Assembly (NCBI GenBank): GCA_965203055.1
Contig: OZ241863.1
Span: 4,493,820 to 4,557,819 of the forward strand
DNA length: 64,000 bases
DNA from: Spirochaetia bacterium
GTDB lineage: Bacteria; Spirochaetota; Spirochaetia; SZUA-6; Bin103
Direction: 5' to 3'
The notes below the pieces were generated by a model. That model saw only the letters and a list, made by a program, of their open reading frames with translations. It was not told the origin of the DNA and searched no databases. This document shows positions 1 through 10,767 of this stretch, piece after piece. Every line of letters begins with the position of its first letter. Position 1 is the first letter of the stretch. A program made the position numbers and the translations under genes.

Positions 1-1146
1 GGCCCGGAATGGAGCGTGTGGAGCCGGGGAGCGCTGAGCCAGTACGGCGGGCAGAGCGCGGCGCCGGGCGCCAGTTGGAACGGGGGCGTATACGGCGGCT
101 ACCTGGGAGCGGACATCCGGGTGGCGGAGCCGCTGGTGCTGGGGTTGGCGGTGTCCCACAACGCCGGCGCGATGGAGTATCAGGAAAGCGTTGCCGACCG
201 CGGCGACGAGTTCAAGGCGAAGGTGGAGACCTCGCTGACCAGCGTGCTGCCGTACGCTCACTGGAGGCCGCTGGAGGGCGTGAGCCTGTGGACGCTGGCG
301 GGGGCCGGACTGGGCGGCAGCGGAGTCACCTGGGAGAGCACGCGGCTGGAAACGAGCAACACGCTGTGGCTGGGCGCGGCGGGGGCGCGGGTGGCGGTGG
401 TGTCGTGGAACGGGTTGGACCTGGCGCTGGCGACCGACGGCTACTATGCGTCGCTGAGCGCGGAGTCGGAGGCCGCGAAGTGGCTGACGCAGGAGTTGGC
501 GCCGGCTGGAGTGGGGCGGGTGCGGCTGCTGGCGGACGCGCGCTTCGACTGGCAGATGGCGGTCGATTCGCGGCTTGGGGTAAACCTGGAGGTGGGCGGT
601 CGGTGGGACGCCGGGGCCGCGGCGCAGGGGTTCGGAGCGGAGCTGGGGGGAGGATTGGAGTATGTGTACACCGCGCTGGGGCTGGGAGTGCGGGCGCACG
701 GACGGTATCTGCTGGCGCATCAGGAGCGGGAGTTTCAGGACTGGGGAGCGAGCGCGGGGCTGAGTTTCGATCCCGGGGCGCCGGGCCGCGGGCTGGCGCT
801 GGCGGTGGCGCCGGCGTGGGGAGCGCCGGGCAGCCGGACGGAAGGAGTGTGGAGCGCGGCGCCGCTGGCGGCGGAGAGCGGCGGCGGGGCGGCGCGAGAC
901 GGCGCGGGGCTGCGCCCGGACCGGCTGGACGCGGAGCTGAGCTACGGGATTGAGATGCCTGGGGCGGCGGGGCTGGTGACGCTCTACGGCGGGCTGACGC
1001 AGGGGCAGCCGGACAGCGCCGGCTACCGGGTGGGCAGCCGTCTGGAGTTGGGCGGGCTGAGTATGGACCTGGCGCTGGACCGGCAGGAGAACCCCGGCGC
1101 CGACCCGGCCCACGGCCTCAGGCTGGAGGGCCAATTGCACTGGTAA
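1..1146 (+). CDS. Autotransporter-type outer-membrane beta-barrel domain protein, 5'-partial
   Basis: Frame open from base 1; amphipathic Gly/aromatic-rich beta-strand pattern (YGGYLGADIR, LGVNLEVGGRWD, GAELGGGLEY); ends in aromatic residue (GQLHW). Confidence 0.75.
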   Translation, partial: GPEWSVWSRGALSQYGGQSAAPGASWNGGVYGGYLGADIRVAEPLVLGLAVSHNAGAMEYQESVADRGDEFKAKVETSLTSVLPYAHWRPLEGVSLWTLAGAGLGGSGVTWESTRLETSNTLWLGAAGARVAVVSWNGLDLALATDGYYASLSAESEAAKWLTQELAPAGVGRVRLLADARFDWQMAVDSRLGVNLEVGGRWDAGAAAQGFGAELGGGLEYVYTALGLGVRAHGRYLLAHQEREFQDWGASAGLSFDPGAPGRGLALAVAPAWGAPGSRTEGVWSAAPLAAESGGGAARDGAGLRPDRLDAELSYGIEMPGAAGLVTLYGGLTQGQPDSAGYRVGSRLELGGLSMDLALDRQENPGADPAHGLRLEGQLHW

Positions 1147-1187
1147 GCCGTGAAGGAGGATGGCGCCGGCGGGCCGGGAGCGGCGTG

Positions 1188-2291
1188 CTACTCCGCGGTG
1201 GCGGTCCGGTGCCGGTTGAGCAGCTCCCAGTCGATCCGGTAGCCGAGTCCCGGCTCGGTCGGGGCGTGCACCAGGCCGCGGTCGTCCACCGCTATATCCT
1301 CCACCAAGCCGTACCGGTTGGCCCCGGTGCAGGGAAAGAACTCGTAGTACTCGCAGTTGGGCACCGCCATGGTCACGTGCAGGTTCGCGACGTTGTTCAG
1401 GCTGTTGCCGCCGTGATGGATCTCGCAGCGCATGTTGAACCCTTCCGCCAGGTGGCACTGGCGCACCAGGGGCGTGATGCCGCCGGTCACCGCTACGTCG
1501 CCGCGCAGCATGTCGGTGGCGTAGCGGGTGATCCACGCCGCCATGCCGTAGAACCGACCCGGCGCGTACTCGGTGGACATGATCGGAATGTCCAGCTTCT
1601 GCCTCAGCTTGACGTAGCCGTAGAGGTCCTCCTCCACCAGCGGATCTTCGTACCAGTAGTAGTCGAGCTCCTCGATGGCCCGGCCCACGCGCAGCGCGTC
1701 GGCGTACTGGTAGGCCCACATCGAATCGAGCATCAGGGTCATGTCGCCGCCCACCGCGGCGCGCACCGCCGCGCAGATCTCCACGTCGGCCCGCGGGTCG
1801 CCGTGCGGGTGGAGTTTGTGCGCCGTCCACCCCTGTTGTTGGAAGCGCACCGCCTCCTCGGCGTACTCCTCCTTGGTGGCGTGAAACGCGGTGCTGGAGT
1901 AGGCCGGTACCGAGTCCTTGCAGGTGCCGAGCAGGCGGTGGATCGGCTGGCCGGCAAGCTGGCCATTGATGTCCCACAGGCAGACGTCGATTGCGCCGAT
2001 GGCCCGGGTCGACACTACGCGGTTCAGCTTCCACATGCGCCTCCAGAGCTTGCCGATATCCTGCGGGTTGCAGCCCAGGAGCAGCGGTTTGAGGTACTGG
2101 ATCAGCCCCCGGACGCAGTGCTCGGCGCCGGCCATGGACGATCCCAGGAAGGCGTTGCCGCGGATCCCGGCGTCGGTCTCGACGGTGACGACACCGAGCT
2201 GCACCGTGCCGCCGAAGGCGGTGCCCGACCCGATCTTCCACGACTCAGTCTGCCAGTTGCAGAGGTCTACCTTGACGTTGGTGATCTTCAC
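1188..2291 (-). CDS. Mandelate racemase/muconate lactonizing enzyme (enolase superfamily)
   Basis: AIDVCLWDI capping-domain motif; metal ligands in MLDS, WYEDP, STEY; EIH; C-terminal PGLG. Confidence 0.9.
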   Translation of the reverse strand: MKITNVKVDLCNWQTESWKIGSGTAFGGTVQLGVVTVETDAGIRGNAFLGSSMAGAEHCVRGLIQYLKPLLLGCNPQDIGKLWRRMWKLNRVVSTRAIGAIDVCLWDINGQLAGQPIHRLLGTCKDSVPAYSSTAFHATKEEYAEEAVRFQQQGWTAHKLHPHGDPRADVEICAAVRAAVGGDMTLMLDSMWAYQYADALRVGRAIEELDYYWYEDPLVEEDLYGYVKLRQKLDIPIMSTEYAPGRFYGMAAWITRYATDMLRGDVAVTGGITPLVRQCHLAEGFNMRCEIHHGGNSLNNVANLHVTMAVPNCEYYEFFPCTGANRYGLVEDIAVDDRGLVHAPTEPGLGYRIDWELLNRHRTATAE

Positions 2292-2370
2292 TTGCAGGTC
2301 GTCTCCACCCGCGCATGGTACCCGATTCCGCGCCTTACGGTCGTTGACGACGGCAACGGGCGCCCGTAAG

Positions 2371-3369
2371 GTGGCGCTCGTGCTGACGCAACGCCTGTTG
2401 GAGCAGATCGAGCGGGCGCTGGCGGCGGCGCTGGCGAGCTCGCCCGCGGCCGGCGCGCCACTTCAGATCGAAGCGCCGGGCCGCGACCTGCTGGCGCGGG
2501 GCGGCAAGCGCTGGCGCCCCCTGCTGCTGGCGTTGACCTGCCGCCTCTGCGGCGGTCCCGAAGCCGCCGCGGTCGCGCTCGCACCGCTGGTGGAGCTGGC
2601 TCACACCGGCAGCCTGATCATCGACGACATCGAAGATGGCGCCGACCTGCGCCGCGGCGCGCCGGCCGCGCACCTGCGCCACGGCCTGGACTTGGCCATC
2701 AACGCGGGCAACCTGTTTTACTTCCTGCCGGAGCGGTGCATCGCGGCGGCGCGCCTCGATCCGGCCGCGGAACTGCAGGTTTACCGCCTCTACCTGCAGG
2801 CGATGGTGCGCCTCCACTACGGGCAGGGACTGGACATCCTGTGGCACCGGCAACCGGACCGGGTGCCGGAGTTGGCCGAGTACTTCGCCATGTGCCGCGG
2901 CAAGTCGGGCAGTCTGGCGGGGCTGGCCACCAGCCTCGGCGCCGTGCTGGCCGCGGCCCCCGCCGGCCTCGTCGACCTGCTGCGCCGCGCCGGCGAGGAG
3001 TTCGGCGTCTGCTTCCAGATCATCGACGACGTGCGCAACCTGACCACCGGCAATCCGGGCAAGCGCCGCGGCGACGATCTGCAGGAGGGAAAGAAGAGCC
3101 TGCCGGTGATCCTCTACTGCAGCCGCGGCGCCGCGTTCCGGAGCCGCATGGTGGAACGGCTCGCCGCCTGCTCGGACGCCGCCGCCGGGTCCGGCGCGGT
3201 GGAGGAGACCATCGCCCTGCTGCGCCAGGCGGGGGTGATCGAGGAGGCGCGCGGCATGGCGCGCGGCAGGTACCGGCGCGTCATACGGGAGCTGGAACAG
3301 GACCCGACGATTGCCTGTGGTGAGTCGTGGGCGGCCCTGAAGGCGGTCACCGGCGCACTCATCGGTTGA
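2371..3369 (+). CDS. Polyprenyl (probably geranylgeranyl) diphosphate synthase
   Basis: GGKRWRP, first Asp-rich motif IIDDIED, RRG, GQGLD, second motif FQIIDD, DDLQEGK; start uncertain (GTG 2371 chosen). Confidence 0.88.
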   Translation: MALVLTQRLLEQIERALAAALASSPAAGAPLQIEAPGRDLLARGGKRWRPLLLALTCRLCGGPEAAAVALAPLVELAHTGSLIIDDIEDGADLRRGAPAAHLRHGLDLAINAGNLFYFLPERCIAAARLDPAAELQVYRLYLQAMVRLHYGQGLDILWHRQPDRVPELAEYFAMCRGKSGSLAGLATSLGAVLAAAPAGLVDLLRRAGEEFGVCFQIIDDVRNLTTGNPGKRRGDDLQEGKKSLPVILYCSRGAAFRSRMVERLAACSDAAAGSGAVEETIALLRQAGVIEEARGMARGRYRRVIRELEQDPTIACGESWAALKAVTGALIG

Positions 3370-3469
3370 CGGCGCAACGGCCCGTACCGGGCGCACAGCG
3401 TGCGGGCGCACTGCGGGCGCGCGGACGCCCGTTTGCCTCCGCGCGGAGCGGCCGGTACCTTCTCACAGC

Positions 3470-4093
3470 ATGAGGAACGGCCGGCGCCAACTCCTGGCCT
3501 ACCGCTACTACAACGCCACCACGGTGCTCATCGTCGCCAACGTGGCGGTGTTCCTGCTGGAGCTTACCAGCCGCAGCGTGGTCCGCGATTTTGCCTTGAT
3601 TCCGCCGGAGGCGGCCGGCGGGCGCTGGTGGACCCTCGTTACCTACATGTTCCTGCACTCCACCGGTTCGCTGTATCACATCATCTTCAACATGCTCGGT
3701 CTGATGTGGTTCGGCGCACCGGTGGAACGGCAGATCGGGAGTCACGAGTTTCTCAGCCTCTACCTTGTCTGCGGCGTCGCCGCCGGGCTGTTCGCCATGC
3801 TCTTTTCGCTTGACCGCGCAGTTGCCATCATCGGCGCCTCCGGCGCCCTGTTCGCGGTCATGCTGGCCTTCGCCACCCTGTTTCCCGATTCGGTAATCTA
3901 CGCGTTCTGGTTCGTTCCCATGCGGGCGCCGCTGGCGGTGCTGATCTTCGCCGGGATCGCCGTGTTCGGCACCATGACCGGGTTCTCTCCCGGGGTCTCC
4001 CATCTCACCCACCTCGGGGGGTTGATCGCCGGCGCCTTGTACGTGTGGCTGCGCCTCGGCAGGAACCCGCTGGACTCGTTCTTCCGGCGGTAA
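3470..4093 (+). CDS. Rhomboid family intramembrane serine protease
   Basis: TYMFLH, HIIFNM, catalytic GASG and HLGG; hydrophobic helices. Confidence 0.93.
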   Translation: MRNGRRQLLAYRYYNATTVLIVANVAVFLLELTSRSVVRDFALIPPEAAGGRWWTLVTYMFLHSTGSLYHIIFNMLGLMWFGAPVERQIGSHEFLSLYLVCGVAAGLFAMLFSLDRAVAIIGASGALFAVMLAFATLFPDSVIYAFWFVPMRAPLAVLIFAGIAVFGTMTGFSPGVSHLTHLGGLIAGALYVWLRLGRNPLDSFFRR

Positions 4094-4099
4094 GCGGAC

Positions 4100-5716
4100 G
4101 TGACGTCAGTGGCCGGCAGCGCGCGGGCAGCCGCGCTCATCGCCATGGCGGCGGCCACCTGCCTGGGAGCTCCCCGGCTCGCGGCCCAGAGCGACGCCGC
4201 CGCGGCCCCCGCGCTGGTGGTGGCCTATCCGGCGCAGCAGTTCTCCCTCGATCCGCTGCACACCTTCTCGACCACCGAGGCGCAGCTCTTCACCGCCGTC
4301 TACGAAGGACTGGTGGCCTATGATCCCATTACCCTCAACCCGGTGGCCGGGCAGGCGGAACGTTGGGAGATTTCGCGCGACCGCACCACCTACACTTTTC
4401 ATCTGCGGCCCGACGCCCGCTTCTCGAACGGCGACCCGTTGCACGCCGAGGACTTCCGCGCGTCCTGGCTGCGCGTCCTGGACCCCGGCGCGGCGGCTGA
4501 GTATTCGTTCCTGTTCGACGTCATCGAGGGAGTCGCCGAGTACCGCAGCGGCGAGGTGGACGATCCCCGGCGCGTCGGCATCCGCGCCGTGAGCGACCGG
4601 GTGCTGGAAGTGGAACTCGCCGAACCGGCCGATCACTTCCTCAAGGTACTCGCCCATCACAGCTTCTCCGCCATCCATCCCAGCTACCTCGGCGCCGTGA
4701 ACTGGGACCGCGCCGGCCAACTGATCGGCAACGGTCCATTCCGGGTGACCTCATGGACCGAGCGGGAGCTGGCGCTGGAGCGCAACGAGCACTACTGGGG
4801 CCGCACGCAGGTGGAACTGGAGCGGGTGGTGATCCGCTTCTTCGACGAACCGGAGGCGGTCACGCGCGGGTTCCTGCAGGGCGACATCCACTGGGCGAAT
4901 ATCTGGGCCGACGACCGCCAGCTCAGCCCCTACGTGGTGGTCAATCCGCTGTTCGCGACTACCTACTTCTACTTCCGCAGCGACCGCGAGCCGTTCGACG
5001 ACGAGCGGGTACGGCACGGCCTGGCGCTGCTGCTGCCGTGGGACGAGCTCCGCAGCTCGTCGATTTCTTTCCCCAGCGACGTGCTGGTGCCGGACATCGC
5101 CGACTATCCCGAGGTGGCAGGCATTCGCGAACGCGACGAACGGCGCGGATTGAGACTACTCGATCAGGCCGGCTTCGCGCGCGGCCGCGGGCTGCCGGCC
5201 ATCAGCATCAAGGTGGCGGCCGGCAGCGCCGCGGTAGCGCCCGCCGAGCTGATGCGGGACACCTGGGAGGGCCTGCTGGGGGTAGAGGTGACCGTCCAGG
5301 AGTTTCGCTACCGCGACCTGCTGGAGGAGATTCGCGGCGGCGACTTCACCTTGGCCCACCAGACCTGGGTGGGGGACTTCGCCGATCCCCTTACCTTCCT
5401 GCAAATGTGGATGCGCTCCAGCAATCTCAACGACGCGCGCTACCTCAACCGCCAGTACGACCGCGCGGTGCAACGGGCGCTGCGCGCCGCCGGTGCGGAG
5501 CGCCTGCAGGCCTTGGCGCAGGCCGAGGAAATGCTGCTGGACGAGGCCGTGATCCTTCCCCTCAGCCACATGGTCGCCTTCAATCTGGTCAACCGAGGCC
5601 GCGTGGACGGCTGGTTTCCCAACGCGCTCGACATCCACCCGTTCCGCTTCATCCGCTTTCGAGCGGTCCAGGGACCGCGCGGAGTGGCCGCCGCGCCCGC
5701 CGCCTCCGGGGGCTGA
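4100..5716 (+). CDS. Peptide ABC transporter substrate-binding protein (OppA family)
   Basis: Signal peptide; YEGLV, YTFHLRPDARFSNGDP, NGPF, WVGDFADP. Confidence 0.9.
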   Translation: MTSVAGSARAAALIAMAAATCLGAPRLAAQSDAAAAPALVVAYPAQQFSLDPLHTFSTTEAQLFTAVYEGLVAYDPITLNPVAGQAERWEISRDRTTYTFHLRPDARFSNGDPLHAEDFRASWLRVLDPGAAAEYSFLFDVIEGVAEYRSGEVDDPRRVGIRAVSDRVLEVELAEPADHFLKVLAHHSFSAIHPSYLGAVNWDRAGQLIGNGPFRVTSWTERELALERNEHYWGRTQVELERVVIRFFDEPEAVTRGFLQGDIHWANIWADDRQLSPYVVVNPLFATTYFYFRSDREPFDDERVRHGLALLLPWDELRSSSISFPSDVLVPDIADYPEVAGIRERDERRGLRLLDQAGFARGRGLPAISIKVAAGSAAVAPAELMRDTWEGLLGVEVTVQEFRYRDLLEEIRGGDFTLAHQTWVGDFADPLTFLQMWMRSSNLNDARYLNRQYDRAVQRALRAAGAERLQALAQAEEMLLDEAVILPLSHMVAFNLVNRGRVDGWFPNALDIHPFRFIRFRAVQGPRGVAAAPAASGG

Positions 5717-5728
5717 GCGGGTACCGGA

Positions 5729-6475
5729 TCACTCGCCAGGTTCGTTGCGGCGCGGTTCGCCGCCGCCGCCGCTCGCTGCGAACCGCTCCAGCAGGAGGGT
5801 CAGGCGCTTGCGGAACAGCACGCCGACGCCGAACAGCGCCACCGCTACGGCCAGCACCACTCCGGCGAACAGCCAGCGCTCCCCGGCTGCGGCGTCGCCC
5901 ATCACCACGCTGCCCACGATGCCCGGCAGCCGGCCGCAGGTAGAGATGGCGATGAACACGACGAACCGCATGCGCGACAGGCCGGCGACGTAGCAGAGAA
6001 TGTCCTTGGGGATGCCCGGTATCAGAAAGAACAGGAAGAACGTTGCGGTGGCGCGCGGCGACGCCGCCACCCGGCGCATCCGGTCGAGCTTCTCGCGCGC
6101 CAGGATGGCGCCCAGGAATTCGGTGCCCAGCAGGCGTGAGGCCAGAAACGCCACGCCCGAGCCAATGGCGATTCCCACCGAGGTGAGGAGCAGGCCGCCG
6201 GCTATCCCGAACAGGTAGCCGCTGGCGATCTGCGGCACCTCACCGGGAATGATGAAGATGACCACCTGCATTACCTGGACCCCGATGAATACCAGCGGCG
6301 CCACGACCCCGAATCCGCGCACCCAGGCGCGCAGCTCGTCGGGTGCGGTGGCCACCGCCCAGAGCTGCTCGCGAAACAACAGGATGAGCGCCGCCATGGC
6401 GGCGAACAGGAGCGGATAGGCCAGCAGCGCCAGCACCCGGCGGGCGCGCGGGGCGGAGGAACGAGCATCAGCCAT
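5729..6475 (-). CDS. TVP38/TMEM64 (VTT/DedA-like) membrane protein
   Basis: QVVIFIIPGE, GYLFG, FLIPGIPKDILCYVAGL, GRLPG. Confidence 0.88.
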   Translation of the reverse strand: MADARSSAPRARRVLALLAYPLLFAAMAALILLFREQLWAVATAPDELRAWVRGFGVVAPLVFIGVQVMQVVIFIIPGEVPQIASGYLFGIAGGLLLTSVGIAIGSGVAFLASRLLGTEFLGAILAREKLDRMRRVAASPRATATFFLFFLIPGIPKDILCYVAGLSRMRFVVFIAISTCGRLPGIVGSVVMGDAAAGERWLFAGVVLAVAVALFGVGVLFRKRLTLLLERFAASGGGGEPRRNEPGE

Positions 6476-6599
6476 GCGTGGGCCCCAATATAGCGCGTTC
6501 CACGTCGGGATGCCGCGTTGTGCCGCGTTGTTGGCACACGTGATTGTCTGTCGTTATATTCCCGATAATGTTGACGTTGCGTGCACTTGGGAGCCTCGA

Positions 6600-7547
6600 G
6601 TGAGGGCAGCCGCGGTTCCTCCGGCAGCCGAGCCGCCGGTGTCTCCGGCGTTGCCGGCAGCATCCGCGGGAGCGGCGTCGGGCACGGCGGAGGCTTTGCC
6701 CGCGACCGAGACCGAGATCCCGGACACCGAGACCCCGGCCGCCGCGGCGGCGGCCGGCAACGGGCCGCGCGATCCAGCTTCCGGCGCGGCCGCGGCCGCG
6801 CCGGAAGCCGCCCCGGCGGCCGCCGCGGAGCCGGCTGCCAAGTCGAAGCCGGCCACGAAGAAGACGGCCCGCTCCAGGGCCGGCCGGAAGGCCGCCGAGC
6901 AGAGTGGGGCCGGCGGCGCCCGGACCGCCGCCAAGACTGCGGCCAGGCCGGCCGCCCGGTCGCGCGCCAGGAACGCGGCCGCGCCCGACTCCAAGGCCAA
7001 CGGCAAGGCGCCGGCCGCCAAGGGCAGGAGCAGCCAGAGGAGCAGGAAACGGCGGCTGCAGTACCGGGTGGGCCAGCAACTCGTCTACCCGCTGCAGGGA
7101 GTCGGCCAGGTGCGCAACATCGAGGAGCGGCCGTTCCGCGACCGGACGCTGCTCTACTACGTGGTCTACCTCGAAGTGTCAGACATGACCATCATGGTAC
7201 CGGTGGACCGGGCTGACGAGTTGGGGATCCGGGCGATCGTGCCGCGCGCCGAGGCGCGCAGCGCGCTGGCTCTCATCGGTGAGGACTACGAGCCGATTCC
7301 CACCGACTGGAAGCTGCGCTATCAGATGAACCTGGACTTGCTCAAGGCCGGGGCGGTAAGCGACATCGCCACCGTCGTACGCGCGCTCTACCACCGCAGT
7401 CGGATCAAGGAGCTGCCGATTCTGGAGCGCAAGCTTTATGACAACGCGCGCTCCCTGCTGGTGGACGAGTTGTCGTTCTCGTTGGGCAAGGACAAGGCCA
7501 AGGTCGAAGAGCTGATCAACTCGCGCCTGGAAGTGGGCGTCAAGTAG
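6600..7547 (+). CDS. carD: CarD family RNA-polymerase-binding regulator with long low-complexity N-terminal extension
   Basis: YRVGQQLVYPLQGVG, TIMVPV, WKLRYQMNLDLL, ERKLYDNARSLL; GTG at 6600 follows GGGAG; start uncertain. Confidence 0.85.
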   Translation: MRAAAVPPAAEPPVSPALPAASAGAASGTAEALPATETEIPDTETPAAAAAAGNGPRDPASGAAAAAPEAAPAAAAEPAAKSKPATKKTARSRAGRKAAEQSGAGGARTAAKTAARPAARSRARNAAAPDSKANGKAPAAKGRSSQRSRKRRLQYRVGQQLVYPLQGVGQVRNIEERPFRDRTLLYYVVYLEVSDMTIMVPVDRADELGIRAIVPRAEARSALALIGEDYEPIPTDWKLRYQMNLDLLKAGAVSDIATVVRALYHRSRIKELPILERKLYDNARSLLVDELSFSLGKDKAKVEELINSRLEVGVK

Positions 7548-7550
7548 GCG

Positions 7551-8210
7551 GTGGCGCGCCGGCGCATCCCCTGGAAGCGCACCCTCGACAGCTTCGCGCG
7601 GCGGGTCGGGCGGGACCCGCCGGCGGTTACCCGGTTGGCGGCTGAACGGCGCGATCCGTTCCGGGTGCTGGTCTCGACCATCATCTCGCTACGCACCAAG
7701 GACGAGGTAACGGGACCGGCCGCGCGCCGCCTGCTGGCCCGCGCTCCCGCGGCGGCCGAGTTGGCCGCGCTCCCCGCGGCGGAGATTGCCGAGCTGATCT
7801 ACCCGGCCGGGTTCTACCGCACCAAGGGAAGGCACCTGCGGGAGATGGCCGCCGCCCTGCTGCGCGACCACGCCGCCGCGGTTCCGGCGGCGCTGCCGGC
7901 CCTGCTGCGCCTGCCGGGAGTGGGACGCAAGACCGCCAACCTGGTGCTGGGACTGGGTTTCGGCATTCCGGCTATCTGCGTGGATACCCACGTGCACCGC
8001 ATCTGCAACCGTCTGGGCTGGGTGAACACGCGCGCGCCGGACGCCACCGAGCTGGCGCTGGCGCGCGTGCTGCCGCGGCAGTACTGGATTCCGATCAACG
8101 CCATCATGGTCAGCTACGGCCAGCAGGTATGCACCCCGCTCGCACCTCACTGTTCCCGCTGTCCGGTCGGGGGCACCTGCCCGCGCCGCGGCGTCACCCG
8201 CCACCGCTGA
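7551..8210 (+). CDS. nth: Endonuclease III
   Basis: HhH LPGVGRKTAN, VDTHVHR, 4Fe-4S motif C-x6-C-x2-C-x5-C. Confidence 0.93.
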   Translation: MARRRIPWKRTLDSFARRVGRDPPAVTRLAAERRDPFRVLVSTIISLRTKDEVTGPAARRLLARAPAAAELAALPAAEIAELIYPAGFYRTKGRHLREMAAALLRDHAAAVPAALPALLRLPGVGRKTANLVLGLGFGIPAICVDTHVHRICNRLGWVNTRAPDATELALARVLPRQYWIPINAIMVSYGQQVCTPLAPHCSRCPVGGTCPRRGVTRHR

Positions 8211-8220
8211 GGACGTCCGG

Positions 8221-8793
8221 TCAGTCCTTCTCCAATTCGTTGATCCGGTCTCGCAGCTTGGCGGCCTGCTCGTAGTCTTCGTCCCGGACCGCGGCGTCGA
8301 GCTCGTGGCGCAGCTTGGTGAGCAGCGAGGTCCCCCCGGTGGAGGACTCCTCCTTCGCCTGCGCCGCGCGGCCGCCGTCATCGACTCCCGCCACCGAGCT
8401 CACCGGCATACCGGCGTGATCGATCACGTCCTCGTCGATGAAGATCGGACACTTTACTCGCACCGCCAACGCCATGCAGTCGGAGGGCCGGGCGTCGACC
8501 ACCAGCTCCTCTTCGTCCTGGAGCAGGATCAGGCGGGCATAGAAGATCTGGTCGTTGATGGCGGTAATCTCGACGCGGCTCACCTCGGCCTCGAGGCGCT
8601 GCAGGACCGACAGGAACAGATCATGGGTGAGCGGCCGCGCCGCGTTGACCTCGCCCAGACCCATGACGATGGAGTGGGCGATGCTGGGATCGACGAAGAT
8701 CGGTACCACCGAGTCGCTGCCGGTGGGACGGATCAACACGGCGTTGCCATCCTGGGCCTTGACCACGGTCCAGATGTCAGCCGGTACCAACAC
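8221..8793 (-). CDS. Bifunctional nuclease (DUF151) with C-terminal UVR domain
   Basis: RPLTHDL, DARPSD; C-terminal AVRDEDYEQAAKLRD. Confidence 0.9.
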   Translation of the reverse strand: MLVPADIWTVVKAQDGNAVLIRPTGSDSVVPIFVDPSIAHSIVMGLGEVNAARPLTHDLFLSVLQRLEAEVSRVEITAINDQIFYARLILLQDEEELVVDARPSDCMALAVRVKCPIFIDEDVIDHAGMPVSSVAGVDDGGRAAQAKEESSTGGTSLLTKLRHELDAAVRDEDYEQAAKLRDRINELEKD

Positions 8794-8820
8794 TCGTCTC
8801 TCGCACGCTGCTGCGCGGCA

Positions 8821-10071
<1,251 letters not shown>

Positions 10072-10104
10072 CGTCAGCCCCGCCGGTTGTCGCCCTGGCC
10101 GTCT

Positions 10105-10728
10105 TCATGCCTCTTTCCCATCATCGTCACTATCGCCGCGCGTCATCACACGGTCAATGAGGCCGTACGCCTGAGCCTCATCGGAAGACATATAGTAGTC
10201 GCGTTCCAGGTCGGACGCAATCACCTCATCCTCCTTGCCGGCGTGGAGCGCGAAGTAGTGGATGATCATCTTCTTGAGGCGAATCAGCTCCCGGGCCTGG
10301 ATGCCGATGTCCGCGGCCTGCCCCTGGACCCCGCCCCACGGCTGGTGAATCAGAACCCGCGCCGAGGGCAGGGCATAACGCTTGCCGTTGGTGCCGGCGG
10401 CCAACAGCAGCGCTCCCATCGACGCCGCCTGGCCGAGGCATACCGTCTGGATTTCGGGCCGCACGTACTGCATGGTGTCGTAGATGGCCAGTCCGGCGGT
10501 AACCGAGCCGCCGGGTGAGTTGATGTAGAGTTGGATGTCGCGGTCAGGATCCTGCGACTGCAGGAACAGGAGTTGGGCTACCACCAGGTCGGCGGTCACG
10601 TCGAAGATCTCGCCGTCGATGAAGATGATGCGGTCCTTGAGCAGGCGCGAGTAGATGTCGTAGGAGCGTTCGCCGCGGCCGGTCTGTTCGATGACGATCG
10701 GGACCAGGGTGTTGAGCTGTTCATCCAT
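10105..10728 (-). CDS. clpP: ATP-dependent Clp protease proteolytic subunit
   Basis: YINSPGG, GQAASMG, IHQP, ERDYYM. Confidence 0.98.
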   Translation of the reverse strand: MDEQLNTLVPIVIEQTGRGERSYDIYSRLLKDRIIFIDGEIFDVTADLVVAQLLFLQSQDPDRDIQLYINSPGGSVTAGLAIYDTMQYVRPEIQTVCLGQAASMGALLLAAGTNGKRYALPSARVLIHQPWGGVQGQAADIGIQARELIRLKKMIIHYFALHAGKEDEVIASDLERDYYMSSDEAQAYGLIDRVMTRGDSDDDGKEA

Positions 10729-10767
10729 GGTGGGTTGGCGCTGCCGGCATTCGGCAGCACCGGTAAT

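Noticed and set aside
2590..2640. First Asp-rich region HTGSLIIDDIED resembling eukaryotic GGPP synthases
   Set aside because: Similar motifs occur in bacterial enzymes; insufficient to argue for transfer without a phylogeny
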